Under the pieces are notes generated by a model. The model was not told the origin of the DNA and ran no database searches. It worked only from the letters and a program-made list of their open reading frames with translations. The position numbers and the translations under genes were made by a program. Below are positions 1 through 12,491 of a stretch of DNA of 20,000 nucleotides, piece after piece; the stretch's first letter is position 1; each line of letters opens with the position of its first letter. Source of the DNA: Veleropilina oligotropha (Eukaryota); NCBI GenBank assembly GCA_048128005.1, contig JBEUKZ010000018.1, forward strand, positions 304,220 to 324,219, read 5' to 3'.

Positions 1-110
1 TAATTTCGAAAGAATGTAAACATAATACACAAGGGCAATCAGAGGAGATTCCAAAGTCAGAAATGTCTACGATTAATATTTCTAAGCATGAATTACAATC
101 ATAATAATTA

Positions 111-315
111 ATCATATCGTTGTCCTATGACATCAAGAACATTTTGAGCTGTATTTTAACTTTGTATGGCGAAGTATTCGAACGCTAAGCCCCCAAATCC
201 GAAATTGCGTCATATCATCCGGATCCGGATCTCAACTGAACCAAGGGTTAAACCTATCTTGTGGTTTAACTTGGAGTAAATTTGATAAAAGGTTCGTGAG
301 TTATGCTAATGGACA
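111..315 (+). repeat. Diverged fragment of the same repeat family as the Helentron/DINE-like element at 7491-7901
   Basis: ATCATATCGTTGTCCTATGACATCAAGAACATTTTGA...TTGTATGGCGAAG...CCAAGGGTTAAACCTATCTTGTG aligns by eye, same strand, with 7550-7780. Confidence 0.65.
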
Positions 316-399
316 TGCATGGTTTATAGATTTGTATATGTTAAATAATACTGATTGTAAGGATCGTACAATTCCTCCATCTAATAACTTTCAAGCAGG

Positions 400-3051
400 T
401 AATATTCCTTATGAGCATATGTCAGTAAACCCTGGGTCCCAAGCATTATTAAATAATTTTACTAACTACAATCATGAATGTGACCATATTTTTGTTTTAT
501 GTGTTTAATTTGTATATTATCTGTTTAAGGTACTACCATTTTCACTGCAAGAAGCGATCACTGACACTCCATTCAAATGTTATAAGAAAAGCATGAATAT
601 AGTTCATTTGAATATCTGTCATTTATTGCCAAAGTTAGACGAAATAGAACTACAAATTCATGACGTAACAATACCAGTTGATATATTTGGTTTTACTGAA
701 ACATTTTTAAATAATGCTGTATCAGATTCCGAGATCAATATTCAAAATTATATTATGCAGCGTAGGGATAGAGTAGGGAGAACTGGAGGAGGAATAGTTA
801 TCTACCTGAGAGAACAATTAAATATTATAGCAGAAGAAGTGACCCTGAAGACTCTGATATCGAATCAATGTGGCTACAAATTTACCCAACAAAGAGCAAA
901 TCTTATTTAATATGTTATTGTTATCGACCTCCCTCGGCTATAGCATCGTGGATAGATAGTTTGCATAATCAATTGATGAAAGCATCCGAAGAAGAAAAGG
1001 AAATGATAATACTAGGTGATTTCAACATTGATTATAAAAACTTCTCATCCCTACCCTATAAATGGAAGGAGTAGGTGCAGACACATGATTTGCATCAAAT
1101 GGAAGGAAGGAAGGAATGATGCTTAATGTCCTGTATATTTACAACATCGAGGTTCAAGGCAGGATATGTCCGTGTTATCGCGGGAGGAAACCCCGGTCGC
1201 CCGGGTAAACCCGCCTTCTTCGGCCAGTCACGGACAACTGTGATTCATAACTTGAACAAATTTCAATGCCTCAGCCAGGTATTGAACCCACTACTGTTCG
1301 CATTAGCGGAATCAAGCCAGTGAATTTAGAGTGGACACTCTACCCACTGCGCTGTCGAAGCGGCCGCATCAAATGGTATCTGTACCAACGCGTATAACTT
1401 GTGACAGCTAGATGTGCTACTATAATTGACCATGTTTACACCACCAACCCAGAAAATATTACAAATGTAGCAGTCCCAGTGTATGGCCCCAGTGATCACT
1501 ACCCAACATTCATCACAAAATATGGCCATCTGATCAAGTTGTTAAAAAATCTTTTCATTTGGAAATCAATTATAGAAATTTAAAAAATAATTGATGACAG
1601 TAAATTTTTGGAGGATCTATCAGTAGCACCCTTTTTGCAAATAGAACAACATGATGATCCAGACGTTTGCTTGAACTTATGGTATGATATTTTTTTTAAA
1701 GTATTTTAAATAAACACGCACCAATGAAAAGTAAGCGTGTTCGAAGATACAAGCAACCTTATTGGTGTAACAATGATATCAAGGATGCATGTAGGTTAAG
1801 GGACTATTACAAGAAGAAAAATGATGATGTTAACTATAAATTATGGAGAAACAAATATAAAAGTCTTATACAAGCATTTAAAAAAAGTATGTGAAAAGGT
1901 CAGTTGGAAATAAAGCAGATGCAAAGAGTATGTGGAATGTAATGGGCCATATCCCACTAAACTAGAACTTGGTGATAGGCTAACTGATAGTCATGAAGAT
2001 ATTGCAAATTCCATGAATCGTTACTTTAAGGATATTGTTTCAATTATAAAGCCAAATGCATTAAATTCTACTGACCTAAGTACTTTAAAAGATGATCTTT
2101 GTGACAAAGTACCTGCTATGGACCAATTCAACTTAAAATACATATCCTGTCATGAAGTACCTAAATCCTTAGAAAAACTTAACATTACAAAGGCTACAGG
2201 ACTTGATGGAATTGGGCCAAATTTATTTAAAATGTCAGCTAGTATTATTGCCAATTCTCTAACTTATATCTTTAATCTTAAGCGTTAGCAAGACAACTTT
2301 TCCAGTATGTTTTAAGCATGCTACAATAATGCCCTTTCATAAGAAATGTAGTAAAACAAAGTGTGAAAATTATCGTCCAATTTATATTCTTCCCACACTT
2401 TCTAAAATACTAGAGAAACACGTTGGTCGTCAATTAACAGATTATTTGAGTGATAAAGAGCTTCTTAATAATTGTCAATCTGGATTTCGTGATAAACATT
2501 CATGTCAAACATCATTAACTAAAATTACTGATGATTGATTAACTGACATTGGCATTGGAAATGTAACAGGATCTTTATTTGTAGATCTAACAAAGGCGTT
2601 TGACTTGGTAGATCATGGTTTGCTAATTCAAAAGCTTAAGTTGTATGAACTGAGCTCATTATCATTAGATTGGTTTATTTCATACGTATATGATAGGAAG
2701 CAGAAAGTGTGTATTGGAAACAGTCATTCGGAATTAACTGCCATTAGTAGTGGTGTTTCAAAGGGCTCAATTCTTGGTCCCATCTTATTTCTTATATTTA
2801 TTGATGACCTACCACTTTGTGTTGAAACGTGTAAAAGTGAATTGTATGCAGATGATGCTACTTTACATACATCTGGAGCAAATCAAGAAATTATTACTGA
2901 ACATTTGGTCCAAGATCTTGATAGCGTTAATACATGGTGCAAAACAATGGTATGATCATCAATATTCAGAAAACAAAATCTATGATCATTAGGGGCAACC
3001 CAAAGTTAAAGAGCATGAATTCCGGGTTTCCATCGTTCTTAACAATGCAAC
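400..3051 (+). mobile_element. Outer non-LTR retrotransposon (CR1/L2 group), decayed ORF2: AP endonuclease plus reverse transcriptase, 5' part
   Basis: Broken ORFs give APE motifs (HLNICHL, GFTETFL, RRDR.GRTGGGIVIY, YRPP, ILGDFNID, IDHVYT, SDHYP) and RT motifs (KATGLDGI, NYRPIYILPTLSKILEK, QSGFR..HSCQT, VDLTKAFDLVDH, GVSKGSILGPILFLIFIDDLP, LYADDATL). Many stops and frameshifts. 5' boundary approximate. Confidence 0.93.
1103..1365 (-). mobile_element. tRNA-derived SINE, copy 1, inserted in the LINE endonuclease region
   Basis: Minus strand starts GGCCGCTTCGACAGCGCAGTGG (A-box-like), has GGTTCAATACC (B-box-like) and ends in a (TTCC)n tail. Perfect 11-bp TSD GCATCAAATGG at 1092-1102 and 1366-1376; removing it restores ...DLHQMVSVPTR. 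Confidence 0.9.
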
Positions 3052-4152
3052 ACAATTTAATCAACACCGAATTAACAGCAATATCAGAGTGGTCAAAGAA
3101 ATGGTTAGTATCTTTCAATCCAACAAAGACGGAAGCTATACTAATATCTTCCAGACAAAATGACAAACCAAATTTAATCTTAGATCAAACTCTAGTTAAA
3201 TTTGTATCAGAACACAAGCATTTGGGATTGACATTTTCATCCGATGGGAAATGGACAAAACATATAGAAACCATAGCTCAAACTGCATCCAAAAAAGTGT
3301 CAGCTATGCGGAAATTGAAATTTATCCTAAATAAAGATAAATTACTCCAAATTTATAAAACATTTATTAGACCATGTTTTGAGTATGCGGTGGAGGTATG
3401 GGGTAACTTATCTGAAAATGACGCAAATAAGCTAAATCTTATTCAAAATGAAGCTATGCGAACTATTACAGGCTTACCGAGATACGCTGCTATTCGAATA
3501 TTATCCAAAGAAACTGGGCTAGAGGGTCTTGGAATTCGGAGAAATAACATAAAACTCAACACTCTATATAAGATTATTAATGGCAAAGCTCCTGATTATC
3601 TAGTTCAATTACTTCCACCGTTTGTACACAACGTCACAAATTACGAATTAAGAAACAGGGAACAGGGAACCTTGATGCGACTCGAAAATCATTCTTTCCA
3701 TCCACCGTTGCCTTGTGGAACAATCTTGAACACAAAAAGAAAACTTTACCAACATTGTAAACTTTCAAAAATGCAATGGAATGTACGATATGGAACAACT
3801 GCCAACCTTTGTCAAGAAATATGGAAATTATACATACAAAAATTCGAAACAATTGCAGTCCACTTCATGCGGACTTATTCAATAATCATATCATTGCGAA
3901 CTCAAATTCTTTATAACTGTCCAGATTACACATCGGAAAGAAATGAGATACTGACATATATCCTAACAGACGCAACAATACAAGATTTTTTATTTGGTAA
4001 TTCCTCAAAATCTGTTGACGAAAATCAGACTTTATACAATAATATACATAGTTATATCAAACGAACTAAGCGTTTCTTATCTTAAATGTTATAAAACTAC
4101 AACCACTGTAATTAGCTACTGCTGAAAAGACAGATATCACGATGTTGCACAT

Positions 4153-5902
4153 TAGGTGGATTTCTTATGTATGGTTTAAACCTATACTATAATATCTCCA
4201 GTTTGCACCTGGGGTAAACCATAGTTTACCCGCAAATTGCATTTCTCATCCTCAGACTGTAATAAACCTTGAATAAACCAAGAGTAAAATGTGACTGTAC
4301 GATAAACCTGGTAGTTTATCACAACGGGAAGCATTGGGCAGTTCTGGCACGGATATCGTGTTTTGAGAATTAAAGTCATTTCAATCACTTTGTTACATAT
4401 TAGATAGTGTTGCCGTTAGCATATGTATATTTTAAATATTATGTGCAATACGGTACTTCATTTTATATTATTTAAATTTAGTCATAAATATACAATTTAT
4501 ATGCAAAATATTTTGTAGTTTCTGAAACATCATTATCATGCGGATTTTCGATGTTCAAACACTTGCAAGGAATAATAATTATGCTCTGCACTTTGAAATT
4601 GATATACAGTATTCTATGCCTGGTGTCGCATCCATCATCAGTGACCCATCGCTTCCTTTTCTGCTTTCCGAAATCCTTCTTGGACTTTATTTCAGACGTG
4701 CCGTTTCGACAGCCGTGTGGCTGTGAACTCCCAAAATCGTAACGCGAACAGTAGTGGGTTCAAACCTCGGCAGTGACATCACGCATTTGTTCAAGTTATG
4801 AATCACAGTTGTCCGTAACTAGCCGGAGAGGGCGGGTTTCCACGGGCGACCGAGATTTCCTCCGGCGTTAATAGGGACATATCTTTGAACCAAATGATGG
4901 TTGGAAATATACAGGATATTAAGCATCGATCCTTTTCTTTCCTTTTTTTGTTTCCTAACCGAATCGGCACCGATTCGGTTTCGGTGGTGCTTTCGCACCG
5001 TACCATTGCTTTACTTCATTAAAACTACTGCAATATGGTTGATACATACAATAGTTGGGATGATGAGATGCTAGGATATGTGTTGCCGAGAAGGAGACGA
5101 CGTGCAAGATATGTATGATGCACTAGATTAACTTGTAAAGGTGGAAAGTGGAAGAATTTAAACATCACTCCAGAGATCGTTGTTTTTACGTACTTTACGA
5201 TGAGTGCAGACCTAACTTTGACGACAAATATTTACCCTCATATACGCGTTATACCCAATAATTTGGGTCACCGAATCAGAAAAAATATAAATTGAAATCA
5301 TTCACCGAATTCGTTTCGTTTACGGCTTAATTTCGGGTGTATGTGTGAAAGCTGCAGTATATTTCTTTAGATTATATTTTTATTCGGTTCAGCGTATGCG
5401 TGAAAACGGCCTTTTCATAGGTATTATAATTGTGACAAATCTCTCAAGGCTGATCATTATATTTTATAGCTGTCTTTTATATGCTGCTTTTAATGACTCG
5501 GTGTGGGTTTTACGAATTTTGATGACTTTAATATTTTCATCCACCAACAATATAAAATTTGCTTGTTTCCTTAAAAGAAAATTTTCTTGTCTTACTAATA
5601 CAACATTGCGTATAACTTGCATTTAACATTTGTGGTATTTTACGAACTGTTTTCGATCGGTCATAAACCTTGCGTGCTATATCGCCGAAATTGACAACGA
5701 AAGCGAGAACTTGGTTTGAATAACACGGCGATAATCAGCGCATGTGAAATGCGGTGCAGTTTATTTCAGACGAGGTTTGGGAGTCGGTTTTCATGGCCAA
5801 GGTTTAAACATGTAATAAACTTAGGTTTTCATGACCAAGTTATAAACCAGGTTTGTTGACATAAACCTAGTTTATATAAACTTAACATAAGAAATCCACC
5901 CA
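4153..5902. mobile_element. Non-autonomous TIR DNA transposon (PIF/Harbinger/ISL2EU-like, assignment tentative) in the inner LINE 3' UTR
   Basis: 18-bp terminal inverted repeats TAGGTGGATTTCTTATGT / ACATAAGAAATCCACCCA (1 mismatch), flanked by AT on both sides; empty site is the palindrome CACATGTG. Many subterminal palindromes (GGTAAACCATAGTTTACC, ATAAACCTAGTTTAT, AAACCAGGTTT). Confidence 0.8.
4700..4949 (+). mobile_element. tRNA-derived SINE, diverged copy 2, inside the TIR element
   Basis: GCCGTTTCGACAGC...GCGAACAGTAGTGGGTTCAAACCT...TTTGTTCAAGTTATGAATCACAGTTGTCCG...AAATATACAGGATATTAAGCATC then a pyrimidine tail; collinear with the reverse complement of 1103-1365, with an internal deletion. 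Confidence 0.85.
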
Positions 5903-5985
5903 ATGTGTCTGTACTCTGTTTACAAATGCTTCATTGTATATACCATTTCATCCTTCTGCTATGTTTAGATAATTGTTTATTTTTC

Positions 5986-6396
5986 TTGTAGGGAGAGGGC
6001 GACTCCTTAATGTTGTAATGGGAGAGGGCGACTCCTTAATGTTGTAACTGGAGAGGGCGACTCCTTAATGTTGTAATGGGAGAGGGCGACTCCTTAATGT
6101 TGTAATGGGAGAGGGCGACTCCTTAATGTTGTAATGGGAGAGGGCGACTCCTTAATGTTGTAATGGGAGCGTGCGACTCCTTAATGTTGTAATGGGAGCG
6201 GGCGACTCCTTAATGTTGTAATGGGAGAGGGCGACTCCTTAATGTTGTAATGGGAGAGGGCGACTCCTTAATGTTGTAATGGGAGAGGGCGACTCCTTAA
6301 TGTTGTAATGGGAGAGGGCGACTCCTTGATGTTGTAATGTGAGAGGGCGACTCCTTGATGTTGTAATGGGAGAGGGCGACTCCTTGATGTTGTAAT
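5986..6396 (+). repeat. 29-bp minisatellite, about 14 copies (TGTTGTAATGGGAGAGGGCGACTCCTTAA)
   Basis: GACTCC recurs at 6001+29k for k=0..13; near-identical head-to-tail units with no spacers. Confidence 0.97.
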
Positions 6397-6463
6397 AATT
6401 TTATGCCCAATCCCACTGTTATTCACATTGAACAATAAATACATCTTAAAAAAAACAAAAACA

Positions 6464-7060
6464 AACAATGCAACCATAAAATCAACCACCTCAGAGAAAC
6501 TTCTTGTTGTGCATATTGATCAAAACATGTCTTGGAAAACACATATTGACCATACATGCTCTCTAATATCATCCCGCATTTCCTTGCTTAGACGAATAAA
6601 GAGGTATATATATTTCAGAAAACTATTTTATAATAGTTACATACTTCCTCTAATGGACTATTGCTGTACAGTTTGGGGTAACTGTTCATTATCTCGTATT
6701 GAAATATTATAAAAAAGGCTGCTCGTGCTATACTGGATGCAGACTATGAAATCCCTAGTAAAGTGCTTCTATTAAATAGAGGAATTTTAATGTTCAAGTC
6801 TTAAATAATCTAGCTCCTTAATACTTGGCAGAGAAATTTCAGTATTACACTGATCAATCTGGCAGACAACTGAGGTCGGTGGCAGCTCGTACTCTCCCTA
6901 GCTCCGAACAGAAACTCTGAAAAGATCATTTCATTATTCAGGGGCTTCCATATGGAATAATCTTCCTGCCTCTATCAAAACTTCAAAAAATCTTAATGAC
7001 TATAAACGGCTATGCACAGAACATATAAAAAATCGATATAAAATGATGATATCGGAGACT
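6464..7060 (+). mobile_element. Outer LINE resumed: C-terminal part of ORF2
   Basis: NNATIKSTTSEKLLVVHIDQNMSWKTHI...FYNSYILPLMDYCCTVWG...SFHYSGASIWNNLP; continues ...SIVL|NNAT from 3030-3051 across the TSD. 3' boundary approximate. Confidence 0.88.
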
Positions 7061-7490
7061 GTAACATAGTCAGAGATGTACATATGTCTTTCTTAAAAAT
7101 TACCAAAATGAGAAATTGTATTGAATGTAATTTATAAACATTCGCATGGATATTACTCACATTGCAACTATTATGTAATTTATCAGTACTGCAATACATT
7201 CATGAAGTGTATGATATGCACATTATCGATTGGTAGAAGAGGTTTCAAACCTTCTAAGTTGGATATTTATGCATACATGTACATTATATGTTATATACCT
7301 AAATAGTTAGTAATATGTGTTTGTGTCACATATGTATGTGCCATTTAATTAACTGTGTAGTTTATAGTAGATTGCTTATTACTTTTATTTTAATATTCTT
7401 TGTTATGGAGGGATTCAGGGAAGATTGGTTCACTCTGAACTAACTGTACTCTCTCTGAAAATAAAGTATTTATTATTATAATAATGTAGG

Positions 7491-7901
7491 CAAAATCAAC
7501 CCCCCCTCCTCTGGCAGCCATCTTGTTTAAGGTAGATGCTAGATAAATCATCATATCATTGTCGTATGATGTCAAGAACATTTTGATCTTAATTTGAAGC
7601 TTGTATGGCGAAGCGTTCTAACTCTACTGCCCAAAATCCCAAAACAGGAAGTGCGGCATAACATCCGTATCCGCGTACCTATCCGGATTATCTTCGAAGG
7701 GAACATTGCCAAGGATGAAACCTATTTTGTGTTGAGTTTTGGAGGAAATCTGGTCAAAAGTTTGTTCAGATATGATGGCATTCAGACAGACAGACAGGCG
7801 CACATCCACAGCACACAGCACGTACGCGGGCGCACACACACAGACAGACAGACACACATATACGATGCACATTACAATACCCTTCTCCTCCGGAGGGTAT
7901 A
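7491..7901 (+). mobile_element. Non-autonomous Helentron/DINE-1-like (HINE) rolling-circle element, 3' portion
   Basis: GGCAGCCATCTTG motif, body shared with 111-315, (CAGA)n/(CA)n microsatellite at ~7783-7860, then terminal hairpin ATACCCT (7877-7883)...AGGGTAT (7894-7900). This matches the known DINE-1/HINE end architecture. Confidence 0.65.
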
Positions 7902-8717
7902 TATTGATGTGATGAGTATATACAGAGCAATGGTGTAGCGTCTTATATAAGTCCTAAGCAACTTCACTGTTCAGTGGTCAATTGATGAAGCAGTGAGTTT
8001 CTCTTCAAATTGTTCCTATGTCGGGTGGTTCTGAGAAGGAAACCGTGTCCTCTGGTGATATGACGCATTGCCATGATGTAGGCTAATGTTTCCAATGAAT
8101 ATCTACTAGATGGTTCCTGATTTTGCAGACCTACATAATAGCATGATGGATCTGATTTCTCCGGTATTCGAGAGTTGTCAAACGGAGGTGAATTATTATT
8201 TAACAATGCCGACATGGTTCGCGCCGCCTACTGTATTCAAAATCAATTTTGTTTGCCCGCGAACCGGTCCTGTGGGAACGTTTATCTGATTGCCATCAGC
8301 GCAGATTGCGTTCAACAAATTCTCAAATCCAGAATCCATTCTGATAACGTAGGTCATTCTTCCAAGCCACATTGCTACAATCCCTGTCTCTGAAACATTC
8401 AAGCAGGCTGTGGCTACTATAAATTTCTAGTAGACCAGTGCAGTGTTTTTTCTTTTAATTCTTTTTAGTTCTTTATTTACTAACATCCTAACAACAGCTT
8501 TGTCTTTTACTTTTTACTTCACTGTATATATTTCACTCTTGATACTAATCGGCGTGCACTTTTTTCCTACCTGCAAAACTCGAAGGAGGCGTTGGCAGTA
8601 CTCCATAGATAGATAGATAGATACTCTGTGGCCGGAGACTTGGCAATGATAGCCTACACAAGTGGGATTTCGTGGAACTATGGCGTGTTCTCTTAATGTG
8701 GTGGCCTGACTGCGCTT

Positions 8718-9086
8718 CATCTCCCTATGTAGGGGACTAGACGCATGTATAATTTGGTATATGATCCCTCATTTCCCTATGTAGGGGACTAGACGCATAT
8801 ATAGTTTGGTATATGATCCCTCATTTCCATATTTAGGGTACTAGACGCATATATAGTTTGGTATATGATCCCTCATTTCCATATTTAGGGGACTAGACGC
8901 ATATATAGTTTGGTATATGATCCCTCATTTCCCTATGTAGGGGACTAGACGCATATATAGTTTGGTATATGATCCCTCATTTCCATATTTAGGGGACTAG
9001 ACGCATATATAGTTTGGTATATGATCCCTCATTTCCCTATGCAGGGGACTAGACGCATATATAGTTTGGTATATGATCCATCATTT
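8718..9086. repeat. 52-bp minisatellite, 7 copies
   Basis: Unit CATTTCCCTATGTAGGGGACTAGACGCATATATAGTTTGGTATATGATCCCT starting at 8718, 8770, 8822, 8874, 8926, 8978, 9030; two variants (CCCTATGTAG / CCATATTTAG). Confidence 0.97.
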
Positions 9087-9167
9087 TCGTCTGGACTACT
9101 GTCCTTGGGTTGCACCAATATAGATTTTACGTTGTTGGCAAGTTCATGGTAGACGTTAATATCTTAA

Positions 9168-9408
9168 CGGTCGTATGCGCAAGGCAAACTTTGAGTAAAG
9201 TCAAGCGTTGTGTAAAGTTTAAAAATGTTTAAAATAGATTTAAAATAAAATTTGTTCATGTTTAAGAAACGCATTACTGCCACTATATTGAAACCCATTT
9301 TATACGCAATAATGTGTTTCCTAAACCCAAACAAATTATAATTTAAATATATTTTAAACTTTTCCTAAAGCTTGACTTTACACAAAGTTCGACTTGCGCA
9401 TACGGCCC
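9168..9408. mobile_element. Fold-back MITE, Tourist/Harbinger-like
   Basis: Imperfect ~100-bp inverted arms (CGGTCGTATGCGCAAG...TAAAGTCAAGC / GCTTGACTTTA...CTTGCGCATACGGCCC); TAA on both sides (9165-9167, 9409-9411); empty site TCTTAAGA. Confidence 0.82.
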
Positions 9409-9551
9409 TAAGACTGGTAATTTTTACGAAAGACCATAATCGGACGCCAATCTTAGGCAGTCGTTGTTGTGGTCGAGGCGATGGTTTGATGGGTGGAGTA
9501 CGATCCGTGTGCATTTGTAAAGGGGAAAATAAGTATAAAGATCAGACCTAC

Positions 9552-9557
9552 TTTATT
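9552..9557 (-). promoter_or_regulatory. Candidate polyadenylation signal for the DAPDC gene
   Basis: AATAAA on the minus strand ~730 nt downstream of the stop codon; no transcript evidence. Confidence 0.3.
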
Positions 9558-10284
9558 TTAATGTGCATGATATGAAAAGAAAATTTAGAAAACAATAACA
9601 AAAACCGCTTACAAAATTTCTAATGAAGCTCTATTTAGTTCAATGTATATAATTCAAATTTTCAAATGTGGAAGCCTGTTTCACACTTTCATATGTTTTT
9701 GGAACTCCGTAAAAGGTGTTTGCTCTTCTTAATTTTGCATTTCTATCTCGGATGATCTGATGAACTGTGATTCGGAATCCTCGTAGCTGGCCATTTTAGC
9801 CTCAACCTGGTTCATATTGTGAACCATTGATATTTTTTTGTCATGTAGCTGTCGGTTGCGAAGAGATTCCAACTGAATGTATCCGGTGGGCATCATATTC
9901 TTGATGACGACCTTGACCTTGTCCATGTATCAATGGGTTCATCTTCAGTCTGATCCACTTGCACTAGAGGAAGGGACTCCAGTTCTTCGTGTCAGCAGTA
10001 GCTGAAACACAACATCTTCATTGCAGAGCACAGAAGCCATGAGTTATAGATCTTCCTATAGCTTGCATCAGCACCCGAATTTTTTCGTAAAAATGACGTC
10101 TTTCTGTGAGGTCTTGTTGATGAGAGGTTGTGGTCTCACTCTGGGTGTATGTATTACTGTTTCTTACACATCAAAAGCAACTCAAGACAGCAAATATTTA
10201 ATTGACTGCTTCCAGTCAGATTAAAGAATCATCTTGTTAGACAGATCTGGTTATGATCAGACATGTGTTTCGACTTCATAACAT

Positions 10285-10410
10285 TTAGGGATTCGTGGGA
10301 CTGGTTGAAGCCTGTATTTCCGTGTATGGTCTGATGAGATCCTGGAAGGTTTCCTGGCGTCTTATCAGTCTCCATGAATCCCCGTCGACGAGAACCTCCG
10401 CGGGACGCAC
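10285..10410 (-). CDS. lysA: Diaminopimelate decarboxylase, terminal coding exon
   Basis: Acceptor TTGCAG, phase 0; VRPAEVLVDGDSWRLIRRQETFQDLIRPYTEIQASTSPTNP-TAA, the typical LysA C-terminus (RP.EV.V......IRR.ET..DL). Confidence 0.93.
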   Translation of the reverse strand: MRPAEVLVDGDSWRLIRRQETFQDLIRPYTEIQASTSPTNP

Positions 10411-10564
10411 CTGCAAGCAAGCTATATTAAATCCACGAAATGATTAAATGATGATATTTCTAGTTTCACAAAGTTATCAAATATCCCAACAGTATTTTTG
10501 CTGATTTATTTTTGTTCAAATGTAAATTTTCTGAAAGATCGTCAGGTTGATAAATATAAATTAT

Positions 10565-10641
10565 CAGTCAAGGTAGTCTTCCCCCCCATGATCATTATGA
10601 ACAGTCAAGGTAGTCTTTCCCCCCATGATCATTATGAACAG
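10565..10641. repeat. 37-bp tandem duplication in a DAPDC intron
   Basis: CAGTCAAGGTAGTCTTYCCCCCCATGATCATTATGAA at 10565 and 10602, one mismatch. Confidence 0.9.
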
Positions 10642-10770
10642 GTTTAATGCTAGCTGCATGTGATCATGATAATGAACGTACAATCTTCCAACATAAATAT
10701 TCCTGATATTTAGATATCTGCTTATGTTTAGTTTCTCTGAATTGGATAATTCAAAGCAGTGGTAAGTTAC

Positions 10771-10866
10771 CCGCATGTTGTAATTCGACGCTGCGCAGCC
10801 GCAATACGCCCCCGCATCGAACACGGCCAATCCGCATCCTTCGTGAGGAGTTGGTAAAATACGATC
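10771..10866 (-). CDS. lysA: Diaminopimelate decarboxylase, penultimate exon (96 bp, phase 0-0)
   Basis: TTTTAG / GTAACT boundaries; DRILPTPHEGCGLAVFDAGAYCGCAASNYNMR contains the DAGAY...SNYN PLP-site motif. Confidence 0.95.
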
Positions 10867-11156
10867 CTAAAACAGACAATAAAAGGATTTTTAGGTGGGC
10901 CCACCTCCAAAGGTGATTCTTGACCGTTATCGATCAACCGTGCCCACATAACTTAGACAACAGCAAATCCGAAAAACAATAACATTCATCATACAAAAAA
11001 TCAATTAATTTGGAATCAGGACAATGATGAATATAGCGGCATACGCCAAGCTCTTACTGGCTGCGTGCTAACATAGATTCTCTGATGAACTCAAGAATTA
11101 CAGTTTCAAACAACAAATGACAGAACCAAGGAACTAGATTCACCCAGACGTGAGTA

Positions 11157-12054
<898 letters not shown>

Positions 12055-12491
12055 TTATTGATAACAACCAGGTTTTTATGAATAACCGTGACTGTTAATT
12101 AGCTCCACAAAGTCTCCAGCGAAACAGAGCATTATTATAACAAATACGAGGTGAACCTTTGTGTATCTAGGTTATCTATACGTGTACACAATGTTATGTC
12201 AATGGCGTGAATAGGCTTTTATAAAGAAATTCTAACGTTATCAATTTGTAACAAATTTACGTTGGCGTTGAGTAGGCCTACGGACATTTTATTATTAACT
12301 GGGTAGGAATAGGGAAAATAAATACAGTCAGGTAACTTTTTAAAGGATATTTCATCGCATATGGTCTGTGAGCTTTTCACGAATGCAAGTATTACAAATA
12401 AAGCAGATATTTTAGTTACATTGTGGCTACATTATGTCATAGAGTTACGTAACAATGACGTGTGTTCATGACGTAGTGTGTACATGCGCAC

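Larger units (their letters stand above)
3052..6463 (+). mobile_element. Inner 5'-truncated CR1-group LINE (post-RT C-terminus, 3' UTR, A-rich tail) inserted in the outer LINE
   Basis: Encodes WSKKWLVSFNPTKTE...HKHLGLTFSSDGKWTKHI...IYKTFIRPCFEYAVEVW, stop at 4085. AATAAA near 6434 and A-rich tail to 6463. Perfect 11-bp TSD AACAATGCAAC at 3041-3051 and 6464-6474. Confidence 0.88.

Noticed and set aside
1270..1365. tRNA gene (also at 14028-14080)
   Set aside because: A/B boxes are present but there is no full cloverleaf; at 1270-1365 the body, tail and TSD identify a SINE.
2934..4085. 383-aa ORF as a single protein
   Set aside because: It is a chance fusion of the outer LINE (to 3051) and the inserted inner LINE across the TSD, and it drifts out of the native frame near 3670-3900.
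4540..5140. Myb/SANT or Harbinger transposase remnants inside the TIR element
   Set aside because: Only vague basic stretches (KSKKDFGKQKRKRW, LPRRRRRAR); not enough to call without a search.
5986..6396. CRISPR-like array (29-bp repeat)
   Set aside because: Units are head-to-tail with no unique spacers, there are no cas genes, and the context is eukaryotic.
8718..9086. CRISPR-like array (52-bp period)
   Set aside because: The whole unit repeats; no variable spacers.
9729..10040. Short protein-like ORFs downstream of the DAPDC stop
   Set aside because: Frames do not connect and I recognise no motif; most simply 3' UTR.
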